Below, one piece after another: positions 1 to 10,774 of a stretch of 64,000 nucleotides of DNA. The notes under the pieces were generated by a model. It did not search any database. It worked only from the letters and a program-made list of their open reading frames with translations, and was not told the origin of the DNA. The stretch comes from Cirrosporium novae-zelandiae (taxonomy: Eukaryota), in assembly GCA_026023565.1 (NCBI GenBank), contig JAPETS010000040.1:186001-250000 (forward strand). Reading direction: 5' to 3'. The position numbers and the translations under genes are program-made. Position 1 is the first letter of the stretch, and each line of letters begins with the position of its first letter.

Positions 1-1
1 T

Positions 2-1327
2 GCTAGACCCGCATCGGGTTCACATTCCGGTCAGCGCGTAAGTCCAACGGAGCAGGCAAACCCAATTTATGGACATCATCTGCAAAAAGGTAATCAAAGG
101 GTCGCTGCTGGATACGGCACTACGGCTCAAGATCCAATACACTATATGAAAGGAGGGATCCCTGTCACGAAAGCGGTTACGGCCGAGGATCCTATACCAA
201 AAGAATACGTCGGCTACTTCTTCGGTACTCCTTATGGAGCGCTACCCCTCCATTACGGGCAGATGCACTCCAAACTGGCCGCTTATGGAGATGGTTCAAA
301 CCGAGGAAGACAGATGTCTCCGGCTATTGACAGAAAGGGCGTGGAAACATTTCACTTATCTATGCCACCAACTCCACAACAGCAGTCTCATCGTCATCAA
401 AACGGAAACTCTGTCAACTCTGCCAACAGCCGGAACACTACGAATGTGACTTCTGTTTCCAAGTCGAATGGCACACCTAAAGCCCACATCGCAACACATT
501 ACGGTGGCCCTCTTGTCGTCAACGGGACTCTAGGTGCAGGAACGCATACACATCCGACTTTACATTCTCTGGAGAACAACCAAGCTGCTATGAGCGAAGG
601 GACAGTTACTTCTGATGATCTATTTGATACTCCCAGCAGCAATTCCGACACAATGTCCCAGGTTGCGATCGAAACGAGCTATCCTGATGTCATGGAGACG
701 CCACACTATCCCCACCCCGTTTACGATCCTTATAGCCAGTCAAAGCCCGTTGTGGATCACCTCGGGATCTCAAATGGGCCATTGATGGATAATGGGGTGT
801 TGGAAAACCCTATAAGCTTAATGGCGCAGGAAAACCAACCTGAAACTCGGGAAAGTTTGGTGTTTAGGCCAGCTCCGAATGGTGATATTTTCCGAGATGA
901 GGTGCTGGCTCGTGCTATTCAGCCAGAACCGAAGCGGTCAGCCTTGGGGGATCAACTAGCTAAGTTGTCTGCAAAAACAAATGGCATCCCCTTCAAACCT
1001 GTGGATAATCAGAGTCCTGGAACGAAAAATAGGATCGGGATTGAAAAATTGAATCAATTTAGAAGCAACGGTAGCGGCCCAGGTCCAAACATGCCCAATG
1101 GAATATCACACAAGGATGTCTCGAATGAACATCCGGCAGAGGCTCCGAAAGGACCACAGCACACTTTTGCTAAAGCATCCAACGTCCTAGCGAGCCCTGG
1201 TGGTTGGCAACAGACGACAAAGAAAAGGGGTACCCGGCAAAGAGCAAAGTCTCTTAGTATCTCCAACCTCCCTGCCAATGGGCCAGAACCGCTACCTGCC
1301 GATATTTCAAAACGGAAGGGCGGCTAG
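2..1327 (+). CDS. 3' part of a protein with a long disordered C-terminus, tentatively a Cid1/PAP-25A-associated nucleotidyltransferase family protein (5'-truncated by the window)
   Basis: The frame is open from base 2 through the 146..1327 ORF. Motifs PIPKEYVGY and the terminal GGWQ...EPLPADISKRKGG* resemble, from memory, C-termini of fungal PAP/25A-domain proteins. The catalytic domain is not in the window, so the product is uncertain. Confidence 0.5.
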   Translation, partial: ARPASGSHSGQRVSPTEQANPIYGHHLQKGNQRVAAGYGTTAQDPIHYMKGGIPVTKAVTAEDPIPKEYVGYFFGTPYGALPLHYGQMHSKLAAYGDGSNRGRQMSPAIDRKGVETFHLSMPPTPQQQSHRHQNGNSVNSANSRNTTNVTSVSKSNGTPKAHIATHYGGPLVVNGTLGAGTHTHPTLHSLENNQAAMSEGTVTSDDLFDTPSSNSDTMSQVAIETSYPDVMETPHYPHPVYDPYSQSKPVVDHLGISNGPLMDNGVLENPISLMAQENQPETRESLVFRPAPNGDIFRDEVLARAIQPEPKRSALGDQLAKLSAKTNGIPFKPVDNQSPGTKNRIGIEKLNQFRSNGSGPGPNMPNGISHKDVSNEHPAEAPKGPQHTFAKASNVLASPGGWQQTTKKRGTRQRAKSLSISNLPANGPEPLPADISKRKGG

Positions 1328-2858
1328 TTTAGGATATGAAATTAACTCATATCTCATATGGTCAGGTCCGGCATCAATACACGATCCAGCAGAGCATCAA
1401 CCCAATGAGGCCATCATCGTGCCGAGAAGCAGGTCGATCCAGCGAGCAAGTCGAGATGGTTCCTCCGGGTTTATTAGCAGTCTCATAGCCGTGTATATTT
1501 GCAAAGAACCTGCTCTCGGGGTAAAGTGATCTAGAAAGCTTAACGCTGTGCGAAAGGTTTTTTTATATTTGGATTCCTGTATCCATTCCTGAACGCAATG
1601 GCTCAGTGAAAGTGAACCTCAGCTCCTTATGAACGAAGATGGAAAGAAAGGCTTTGGCTGCATTATTTTAGGCGTATTTAAAGATTGCATTTGTGTGAAC
1701 GATAGCATCGTTAAACAGCCTTTGTGCATTATCTGTGACACATCCTCAAGAGTATAACAAACGACGTAATATCGTCAAATGGCATGTCTTTTATCTATTT
1801 TTTCCTGCCTTCTTTTTTCTGGATGGAGTGGATGGAATGGGAAGGGTCAGGCACAACACATATATCTGGCGTTAAAAGGGAAACAATCATCGAAGATGGA
1901 ATCACGACCTCCTCCCTCCCACATGAGCGGTGGGTGGTGTGATGGCGGTGACGGTTGATTCCAATGGGAAATTGGGCAAAGGGAGGATGCATTCGATTGA
2001 TTAAATATGGGTTAGACTTTTTTTTTTCTTCATCTCTTCTTTCCTCATTCCTCATTCCTCATTCCACTTTTTCCCCGGAAACCTCACTTTTTTTTTCTAT
2101 TTGCATTTTTCTTGATGGCAAAAAAAAGCGACGGGGAAAAAAAGAAGATACCTTTTTTTGTTTTTTCGTTTTTGTTGTTTTTTTTTTGTACCATAGAAGA
2201 AGAGAGAAACCAAACCAAGAATTGGTGGAAAGTAGGCTTTAAGGCAGTTTTTTTTTTCTTTTTTTTTTTTTTATAAAGAGAAACTAACTATACTATCTAT
2301 GGACAAAAAAAACGAATATTAAAAGATTTTTTCAACGTTCAATATATATATTTTGCCTTGTTTTGAATAGGAGGGCGGGGAGGGGGAGAGGGTATAGATT
2401 ATGTACATATTTGGGGGAAGGGAGAGGGGGAGAGATGGGTAATTTTAGGGAGGTTAGGGATGGTGGGGGAGAGAAGAATGGTCTGGACTACTATATATAT
2501 GTATGTATAGATAACATTTTCTTCAATTTGAGTGGTATGCCTAATGCTCGCTTGTATCTGGGCGAGCTGGAATGGAAGGAGAGGAGAAGAGGGGGTGGTG
2601 GTTAGAAAGGAAGGGAGGAAAGGTAGATGGATAAGGGTTTATCTACTATCTATCTATCTGTCTATCAAGTAAATCGAATCAAAGAACGGAAGACATGAAG
2701 GAAGGTATTTTTGGGATTTGGGATTTGGGATTAAGGGTGAAGTATATAATTAGATATACATGTGATTACTATAGGGAGGGAGGGAGGGAGGGAGGGTGAG
2801 GTAGATAGATAGGTACACCTAAGGCCCCTATCCGCCCCCCCCCCCCCCCCCCCAAAAA

Positions 2859-4086
2859 CTAACAACCCCCCCACCCCCCCCTCCCCAACTGCGCCCACAT
2901 CTCCTCCTCCGCCGCCCGAACATTCGGAACCAAATTCCCCAACCCACTAGGTCCCTTATCCAAGAATTGTTTCACGATTCTAGTTCTCCGCCTTCCGCTT
3001 GCCTCTATGATCATGCCGCCCTGTACGGGTACCATTTTTGGTTTTTTTTCTTCTTCTTCTTCTTCTTCTTCTTCTTCTTCTTCTTCCCCCTCTTTTCCCT
3101 GTTCGCGCTGCTCGGTTTGCTTGCAATCATGATCCCCCTTCCAAATCCCCACCACACCCTCCACGGTAATCTCCCCCATCGTATTCGCAACCTCCTCCGC
3201 CGTTGCCCACATCTCCTCACCGGCTCCCCTCATCATTTCCAATTTCTCCGGATGCTCCGTCCAGAGTGGAGTTTTGATGCACCCTGGGGCGACGCCTGTG
3301 ACGCGGATGTTGAGTAAGGGTTCCAGGGTCGCGAGACTGCGGATTAGGGCTTGTTTTCCGGATTTGCTGATGTTGTAGAGGGGTTGGGTTGGGGGGGAGG
3401 TTTGGGCGGCTATGCTAGTTATGTGGTGGATTTGTTTTAGTGGGGTTGTTGGGGGGTGTTTTTGGGATACGGGGGGTAGGGTTTTGGGGGGGTTTTTGGA
3501 GAGGAAATAGGAGATTGCTAGTTGGGTTGTGCGGATTGGGTGCAGGAGATTTATGTCAAGTGTGCGGTAGTGGTTTGAGAATGGACCGTCGATTGAGGGG
3601 GGTTGGCCTGGTGGGTACCAGAAGCTGGACCATGTCTGTGAAGAAGGGGTTATTAGCAGTTCTTTTCTTTTTTATGTTAGAAACTTCGGAACGAGGAGGG
3701 GGGGGGGGGGGTGCAAAGAGGGATGTGTGTGTGTGTGTGGGTTGGTGTGTATCAATTAATTAGTATGGGGTGTGATTTACGGGTTCAAAAACCCCTGCTC
3801 CGGGACACACAATGTCCACATCTCCAAACTCCTTGTCCGCTACCTGGAACATGTTGTGCAACTGCTTCCAGTCTACCACGTCTGTCTTTTGGAACACGGC
3901 TCTCCCTCCAGAGCTCGCCGCGTTGTTGGAGTACGCCGATACGAGTTCCTTAGCCTCGGGACGCAGTGCGAGGTCTGCGAATAGAACATTGTAGTTCTTA
4001 GATAGGAGGAGCTTTGCAAATGCGAGGCTGATGCCGGAGCCTGCGCCGGTGATGATGGCTGATTTCGCGGCGAGGGGGGCTGCCAT
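2859..4086 (-). CDS. Short-chain dehydrogenase/reductase (15-hydroxyprostaglandin-DH-like), 2 exons (4086-3781, 3635-2859), 360 aa
   Basis: Rossmann motif ITGAGSG, DIVCPGAG, catalytic YNISK and IRVTGVAPG. Intron GTAAAT..GCTAAT..CAG in phase 0; exon 2 was translated by hand and is open to TAG. Confidence 0.9.
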
Positions 4087-4695
4087 GGAAAAGGAAGAGA
4101 AAAGATGTTTAGAGAGAATAGTAGGGCTATGAAAAAATGTTGAGAAAACGGGTTGGGAAAGAATGCTTGTAGATGAGTAGGGGAGATCTATTTTGTACTT
4201 CGATTTAGAAGTGTTAGGTGAAAGAGATCCGGGGTTGGTTGCCCTGGAGCGCGGGGATCCATCTCCAAGAAAACCAGCTTGGTAGTGGAGCTGCAGTGGG
4301 ACAAGCTCCACCTTCTACCGGCTACAATGGGTCAGTTACCTAACATGGGAAAATTGAAATAGGTTGACAATCTTTGTATGATGCGAACGACTTCGGATAG
4401 AAAAGCCCGAAGAGGGAAAAAATACGAAATGAAAGTGGGTTGTATCCTCCGTGGGGCGAAAGAAAAGGAAAGCATGACCTGGTAATTTGGTATAGGTTGG
4501 TAACATTATACTTGGTAGAAAGTCAAGATATAGGCGTGGCAGGGTGGAAGATGATAAAGGCGGGGAGAAGATGATAAAAAAGTACTCAACTGCTACTTCG
4601 GTCAAGGTTCGGCATGACGAATGTCCCTTGTCATCGGCTCTGGGCAAATGATACACCGAAGCCCTAATTCAATTTTCAGATGACCGTCCACAGTA

Positions 4696-4734
4696 TAGCT
4701 GGTAATAGCTGGTAATAGCTGGTAATAGCTGGTA
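4696..4734. repeat. 10-bp tandem repeat (TAGCTGGTAA) x ~4
   Basis: Read directly from the sequence between the SDR 5' region and the Tudor-SN 3' end. Confidence 0.9.
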
Positions 4735-4890
4735 TTGAAGAATAAACATCTCAATTCTTTTTTTGGCTTTTTTTTGTATGCCTCGCTATGCTATCAGTAA
4801 TCCAGCATGCCCTCACTAGAAGATGCCTCCCCATTCCTTGTACAGCCATCCAGAACTTTGGGCCAGCCACCGCATCAAGAATCTCCAAGC

Positions 4891-7551
4891 CTAGTCTTCA
4901 GTCAAATCGCCATATTCCCACATTCCTCTTCTATCTCTCTTCGCCTCTTCTTCCCTCTGCTTTAGGTCTGCCAGGTTCACAGCTCTCTCGAATGGCTTCA
5001 GTTTCCTCGCAATCATAGCACACCCCTCCGCTACCGTCTCGGCATTTAGACTCTTTCCAAGATTCCCTACTAGGTCGGGTTCGTAGAGAGTGACGGATAC
5101 GTGTCCATCGTTAGCCGTGGCATCCACATTCGCCATCAGCTTCCGATTTGCTATCTCGCTCTCCAAGAACCCAATGGCATCAGCAAGGTAGTCTGGAGAA
5201 GTCACTGGAAACTGGAGGAACGAGAGTTCTGCCTCAATGGCCTGTGGCTTTAGTGTTTGCGGCCCGAATTCCTTTTGCGTGAGTGGCCGTAGCTTTGACC
5301 ATGAAAGGGTCTCCGAATTCCCGTAATCGATATAGACTATCTCTGCAGCCTTGTTTTCCCGGTCATTGCGGCGGATACGAGCACGATACCATTCGTTATC
5401 TTCGGTGAAACGTGCAGCTACTAAATCACCAACCTTGGGAGAAGAGTTCAATACGCTTTCGGAGCCGCGGTTAAGATGGAATGCTCGGAAGGTAGACATG
5501 ACTTCGGTCAGACGAGATGTTCCAGAACCAATGATCTGGAGCCTGAGATGGGCATTGGTTGGATCGACGTAGGTAACTATCACTTCACGTAAATCCTTTT
5601 GCGGTGCCGCTGGTTCTTGGCTGCCGTTGGTAGGGATTTCTTCGAATTCAGCATCTGCATCTTGACTTGGATCCCAATCGTGCCAAAGCCCTCTTCTGGC
5701 ATCTTTTGCTTTCTGTTCAGCTGCAAACAGTTCAGTCGCATTGCCTGATTGTTCCGCTGAATATTCATGCACTTTAGCAAGGCCTTCTTCCACAAGAACC
5801 TTGGCAAAGTTCTCGCGGTTAACGTACAGCGTTCCAATGAAACCACCAACCTTATCAGTGGTTTCAATATCAATTTCTACGTCTCGTTGCATGCATCTTC
5901 GATTCGCAAAGTCATGAGCTTCTTGACCAAACGGTTCAGATTTGTCGTTGGGATTCCTAGCCGACCTTGGCGCCCTGATACCGGACAGGACGAGGGTAAG
6001 TTTAGCATTCTCTCTTGGGATGATTACAGCAAAACGAGAGCCTGATTTGACAAAGTCAACTACAGCCGGAATTTTCCGTTGTCGTTGAAGGACAGATGCC
6101 TGCATCTTTGCCTTCTGGACGTTTTCAGAGTAGTCTTGATAATGCTTTGCAGCTGGTGTTTGTGAAGACCACATGCCTTTTTGATCCTTTTGAGCAGTTT
6201 CTTCTGTAGCGAGAAGTAGATCATAGTCGGGAGATCTATCTTCATCATCCTTTCGGTGACGAACGACAGAAGCATAGCCAACCTCAACGAGCAACAGAGC
6301 AATGTTCTTGTTGTTGAGTATTACTGTAGCAACCTCACGCTCGTCATAGCCTTCCGAAGCAGGTTTTTTGCCATCAATGGAGATGCGGACATGCTTGCCA
6401 ATAAGTCTCTTCCTTAGATATTCCTTGGCCTCATCACTGAAGGGGGCTTGTTTCGGATCCGAAGGCTTTGGCTGGCGTATGCTGCTGAGACCTAATCTCT
6501 TTTCTTCACCAGCTCTGGTACGAACATAGATTGTATCGGCAGATTGAACTCGAGAGACAATAACCTCAATATCGCCAGTTGATTTTCCCTTCGGGGCAGC
6601 ATGGCCAGTGAAAACACCTATTCCCTTCTCCTTAGCGCGCCTTTCAGCTTGACGTAGCTCACTCATCTGCCCGCCAACAAGGGTAGAATGATGATCTGCA
6701 CATCTGGCCAAACCAGCTTCGAGCATGAACTTGGCTATACTTCCTTTAGGATGTATAACGTGGCCAACGAGAACATTCGACGGAGACAGGCCGAGTACTT
6801 GCACCTGGACATTTCGTTGCAACAATCGGTTATCTACAAATTCGCGAGCTTCCTCAGCAAACGGCTCTCCTGGTACCTCCTTTCCGTCAGATTGGGTGTG
6901 CTTCGTGGTTGGTGCAGTAATACCCCCAACTAGTAGCATGGTTTGGACATGTTCTGTTGGCGACAGCATAAGTCGGACCAGGAGTCGATCACCCCTGATG
7001 ATACGTTCGACAATGGCAGAAATAGCTTTGTTCTTCCAGGCTGACACAAAGGCTCTTGGATCCGACAGCTCATATGACACGTCAACCTTGCCTCCACTTG
7101 GAGCCCATATGCCCTTTTGTTCTTGTTTCGCTCCTGCCTCTAGAGCTAGAAGTTTTTCCAAGTGAGTTTTCTCTTCTTCGGTACTCGCTCTTGCGGCTGC
7201 CTCGTCTCGTACTCTTACCCAACCCTCTTGGACAGCAAGTTCGGGAAGAGAAGGCCCTTGAGCAGGACCCGAAGCTGCTAGCGGTTTGATCATGCCATAT
7301 TCACGTTTTAATCCCGTAGCTATCTCGTAGAACACCTGCCATTGTACAGCTCTTCCAACGCATAAACGTCGTAGAAAGTCCCTGGATTGGAAAGCGAAAG
7401 GTTCGTCTCCATCACGCCTAAGCCTCGGGGCGCTAACATATGCAAGACTAAGAGTATGTTCTTCAGGCGGGGTTTGAAAATCGTGGATGACTAGGGTATC
7501 CCCTGAGATTACACTTCTGGCAATGCCTTCGAAGGTTTTAGGAGCAGCCAT
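4891..7551 (-). CDS. SND1: Tudor staphylococcal nuclease (SND1/p100), CDS without introns
   Basis: Four SN-like repeats (SGDTLV, EPFAFQSRDFLR, EPFGQEAHDFA), a Tudor domain (ARFTEDNEWYRA..YIDYGNSE) and the C-terminus RGMWEYGDLTED. First ATG is at 7551. Confidence 0.95.
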   Translation of the reverse strand: MAAPKTFEGIARSVISGDTLVIHDFQTPPEEHTLSLAYVSAPRLRRDGDEPFAFQSRDFLRRLCVGRAVQWQVFYEIATGLKREYGMIKPLAASGPAQGPSLPELAVQEGWVRVRDEAAARASTEEEKTHLEKLLALEAGAKQEQKGIWAPSGGKVDVSYELSDPRAFVSAWKNKAISAIVERIIRGDRLLVRLMLSPTEHVQTMLLVGGITAPTTKHTQSDGKEVPGEPFAEEAREFVDNRLLQRNVQVQVLGLSPSNVLVGHVIHPKGSIAKFMLEAGLARCADHHSTLVGGQMSELRQAERRAKEKGIGVFTGHAAPKGKSTGDIEVIVSRVQSADTIYVRTRAGEEKRLGLSSIRQPKPSDPKQAPFSDEAKEYLRKRLIGKHVRISIDGKKPASEGYDEREVATVILNNKNIALLLVEVGYASVVRHRKDDEDRSPDYDLLLATEETAQKDQKGMWSSQTPAAKHYQDYSENVQKAKMQASVLQRQRKIPAVVDFVKSGSRFAVIIPRENAKLTLVLSGIRAPRSARNPNDKSEPFGQEAHDFANRRCMQRDVEIDIETTDKVGGFIGTLYVNRENFAKVLVEEGLAKVHEYSAEQSGNATELFAAEQKAKDARRGLWHDWDPSQDADAEFEEIPTNGSQEPAAPQKDLREVIVTYVDPTNAHLRLQIIGSGTSRLTEVMSTFRAFHLNRGSESVLNSSPKVGDLVAARFTEDNEWYRARIRRNDRENKAAEIVYIDYGNSETLSWSKLRPLTQKEFGPQTLKPQAIEAELSFLQFPVTSPDYLADAIGFLESEIANRKLMANVDATANDGHVSVTLYEPDLVGNLGKSLNAETVAEGCAMIARKLKPFERAVNLADLKQREEEAKRDRRGMWEYGDLTED

Positions 7552-7590
7552 CTTCGTCAGAGCTAGGTATGAAATATATGTGGACGGCAA

Positions 7591-7883
7591 CTATTGAATC
7601 ATTTGATCATGTTAGCAAGAATTACACTACTGTTTCTGTTGTAATTATGGATCACAATTCTGAAGTCATTTAATAGAATAGTAGAGGCCACAACTCGACA
7701 CCAACAGTTTAAATTTGTGATGAAATCCAAGAAGCACTGGTTTCCTTTTTTTGAGATTAGTTGAAGGAAATTGAGGGGACGTTGATTTCTTTGCAATCTC
7801 AAGTGTTCTATCATCTGGTCTGTTCTGAGATATGAAATAAAGCTATCTGTAGTGGAATACCGACAGCTTGAGCTTGAACTCAC
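7591..7883 (-). other. Predicted 5'-UTR intron of the Tudor-SN gene (293 nt)
   Basis: Donor AG|GTGAGT at 7883, branch GCTAAC at 7616-7611, acceptor TAG at 7591, about 40 nt upstream of the ATG. Confidence 0.6.
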
Positions 7884-8644
7884 CTATGATGGAGCACGCA
7901 ACGAGCAGCGGGCAAAAACACAGCAGTCGTTTACAAAAGCAAAGTGAAAGTAATGATGAAGAGCCAAACAATTGGGTTACAGAAGAGAGAAAGAAAAAAA
8001 ATAAGATCTGGCCTTCAGTCTTTCAGTGAATCAATTGTCTCAGGTCGGTCAACGGGGTCTCCTCACTAAACCTCCGCTCTGTGTTCGTGTCCTTTTCTTT
8101 TCCTCCGCATTTTAACTAGAAGCCAAGCCTATTTTACCGTTCTTTTTTTAGCTGGTAATTCTTATTCACTAAAAAAGTTGGGTCTTTTCACTTATGCAAG
8201 TACTAGTTTGGTTTTAAGGACGAATGGTATGGTATAGAAGTATATCTTTGCATATTTCTAGTCAGGAACAACTTCATCTCTAAGCTATCTAGGCCACTAT
8301 TTGTTCCCTTATCATATAAACCAATAACAGAGCCATCAAAGGTCCAATTGGGCCACTTCAAACCCCATAAGAAGAGGACAAGCCGGTAGACCATAAAAGG
8401 CACTCTATTCCCTGCTGTTTATAAGAGGGTAGGTCCAACGGCTGGTTGTCTGTTTGCTGTGGCTGAGCTTTCTTGGGCAGATTATAATTTTAATACAGTC
8501 AAATCAGGCACGTGATCTTTATAAAGAACAACGGTTATTGGGTCATACCCAGAGGTCCATTTCCTCTATATTTTCCATTTCGAAATGTTTGGTGACATAG
8601 AGTAAGAGGATTCTAGTTAAATTATAAATATTCTCTCCTTCTCC

Positions 8645-9676
8645 CTACCCTGATCCTTCATCAAGCTCTTCTTCTTCATCACTGACCTCCTCACCATTTT
8701 CGATAGCCTCCTCTCTCCGTTTGCGTGCTCTTTCCCGTTTCCTTTCCAGCAATTTATTCAATCTTTTTGCTTGGTTGAAAACACCACCTGTGCCAGTTCC
8801 ACAGGCAGCACATGAAGGCGTCTTTCTGTAGCGTTGTAAAGCACACGACTCGCAAAAGTAGTGGCCGCATTTTGTAATAATGGGGTTCTTGTAAGGACCT
8901 TTGCAAATAATGCACGCAAAGGGAATACTTTGCAGCAATGCTTCATCGTCGGCGTCATCATTTTCGTTGGCCGTCGTGTTCCTATTTGCGGATGCTACGG
9001 TGGTTCCCCCAGATACCTTCTTCCCCTTTGTATTAATTTCCCAATCTCTATCAAGTTCCCATCCTTGTTTGTAATCCTCTCTGGCATGCAAGAATTTGCA
9101 GCTATCACCAAACCCACAATATCCCGTCTGTTTATAATCCTTACAGACATCTGGGGCAAAATCGGTCACGGTGATGGTTCTAATATTAGTTGGAGCTTTC
9201 ATAGGACCGACTTGTTTTGTAGGAGCATTTGCATTCTTTTGGATGAAGTTTTGATAATTCGAAGCACCTTTGTATGTGCCATTGTTTTGATTGTTATCCT
9301 CCCCTTGGGGGCGTGGTCGCGTGCTTCCGAGTAGGTTCTTTGCACTTAATTCATCGCTTTTATCCTCATCATACCAATTCGATTGCTTAGTAGCATCATT
9401 GGTATCTTCTATCTGAGCTGAGCGATCTGCTGTGTACTTTGTTGGCTCTAGGTCTCTGGTCCCTGATTTCGAGGCCGTCTTAGAAGCCACAATAACACCG
9501 CCAGTTTTCCGTCTCCTTTTGATGCGTTGTCCATCTTCATCTTCAAAACTGGAGTATTCGGAATCGGGATCAGAAGCTGGTGGCGGGGTGGCAGGCCGTT
9601 TTCTGAAGTTGGATTTTCCTTTGCGTTTCTTAAACGTCACTTGTGGAACCAAAGGATCTGCTGCAGCGGACTCCAT
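8645..9676 (-). CDS. CWC24: Pre-mRNA splicing factor Cwc24 (CCCH zinc finger + RING)
   Basis: DFAPDVCKDYKQTGYCGFGDSCKFLH CCCH finger and IPFACIIC..TKCGHYFCESCA..CAAC RING. Confidence 0.95.
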   Translation of the reverse strand: MESAAADPLVPQVTFKKRKGKSNFRKRPATPPPASDPDSEYSSFEDEDGQRIKRRRKTGGVIVASKTASKSGTRDLEPTKYTADRSAQIEDTNDATKQSNWYDEDKSDELSAKNLLGSTRPRPQGEDNNQNNGTYKGASNYQNFIQKNANAPTKQVGPMKAPTNIRTITVTDFAPDVCKDYKQTGYCGFGDSCKFLHAREDYKQGWELDRDWEINTKGKKVSGGTTVASANRNTTANENDDADDEALLQSIPFACIICKGPYKNPIITKCGHYFCESCALQRYRKTPSCAACGTGTGGVFNQAKRLNKLLERKRERARKRREEAIENGEEVSDEEEELDEGSG

Positions 9677-10774
9677 CGCGTGGGTGTGTTGTATGGACAG
9701 CAACCAAAGGATTTACGTTGAAATGAAACACTGTCGTGGCACAATGTTGTCAAGTGAGATAAGACAGATAGATGGACGTTGAAGATGATGATTGTACACA
9801 ACAAAGGTAAGGCTGGTCAGGTTGGTCAGGCACCACCAGGGCTGTGGCTGATAATTATTACCGTAATTACTGTGGTATTAGGGACGGACTAGGATATTTG
9901 ATGACTAAAAAGAGCCGAGTGGTGCCAATTAATCAGTCACAGCCACAAAAAGAAAGCCACAGAAGAAAGCCACAGACCAAGAAAGAAGAATGTTTTTGTT
10001 CATTTCATAAACAAACACAACAACAGAGAAAAAATGGAGGGAAATCCCCTGTGCATAAATCATGGTAGTAGGATCTAATTTAAACAAAATGTAAATAATA
10101 GCCAACCTAGGTAGCTAGTAGGGCCTATCAGCCTACTACGGGCCGTGGGTTTACTTGCAGCATCATTCAAACTAAACTAATTCCGTTAATTAGTTCGGTT
10201 TTCTGCACTGGAATTGTGGACTTGACTTGGGAACCATAACTAACTGATCATCGGCTGATTGCAATTCTTAACAATCCTAAATCAATTTCTTGATTTGTCC
10301 TTCTTCACCACCTTTCCTTCATTGTTATCCCACTTCTGATAAGATTCTTTTTTTTAAAAAATAACATCAATTCATCCCTTTTTCGTCTTCTCTCTCTTTG
10401 ATGCTGATGAGGACATAACACGCGCTTCTACACGACGGGTTCCCGTTGACGGGCGGTCAACAACACCAGTCTCGCCGATCCCAGCCCTCATTCCTCATTC
10501 ACGATTCAGCAACATTTTAAGACCTTGGCGCATTCGACAAGCAAAAATAAAAATAAAAAACAAATCTGAGATGACCACGTTGAAGCTGTATCGAGCCTAA
10601 ACCTCTCTTCAACCCGGGCTCCCATCTATATTCTTCCACGAATCCGTATAGCGGAACGCGATCTGGCGCATTCCCCTCAATCATCCAAAGGTCACATATT
10701 GTCGCCAGATTCGACTTTTGTTTTCTCCATTCCCTACTACAACTAATACATTTTAATTTAATTTCTTTCACACA

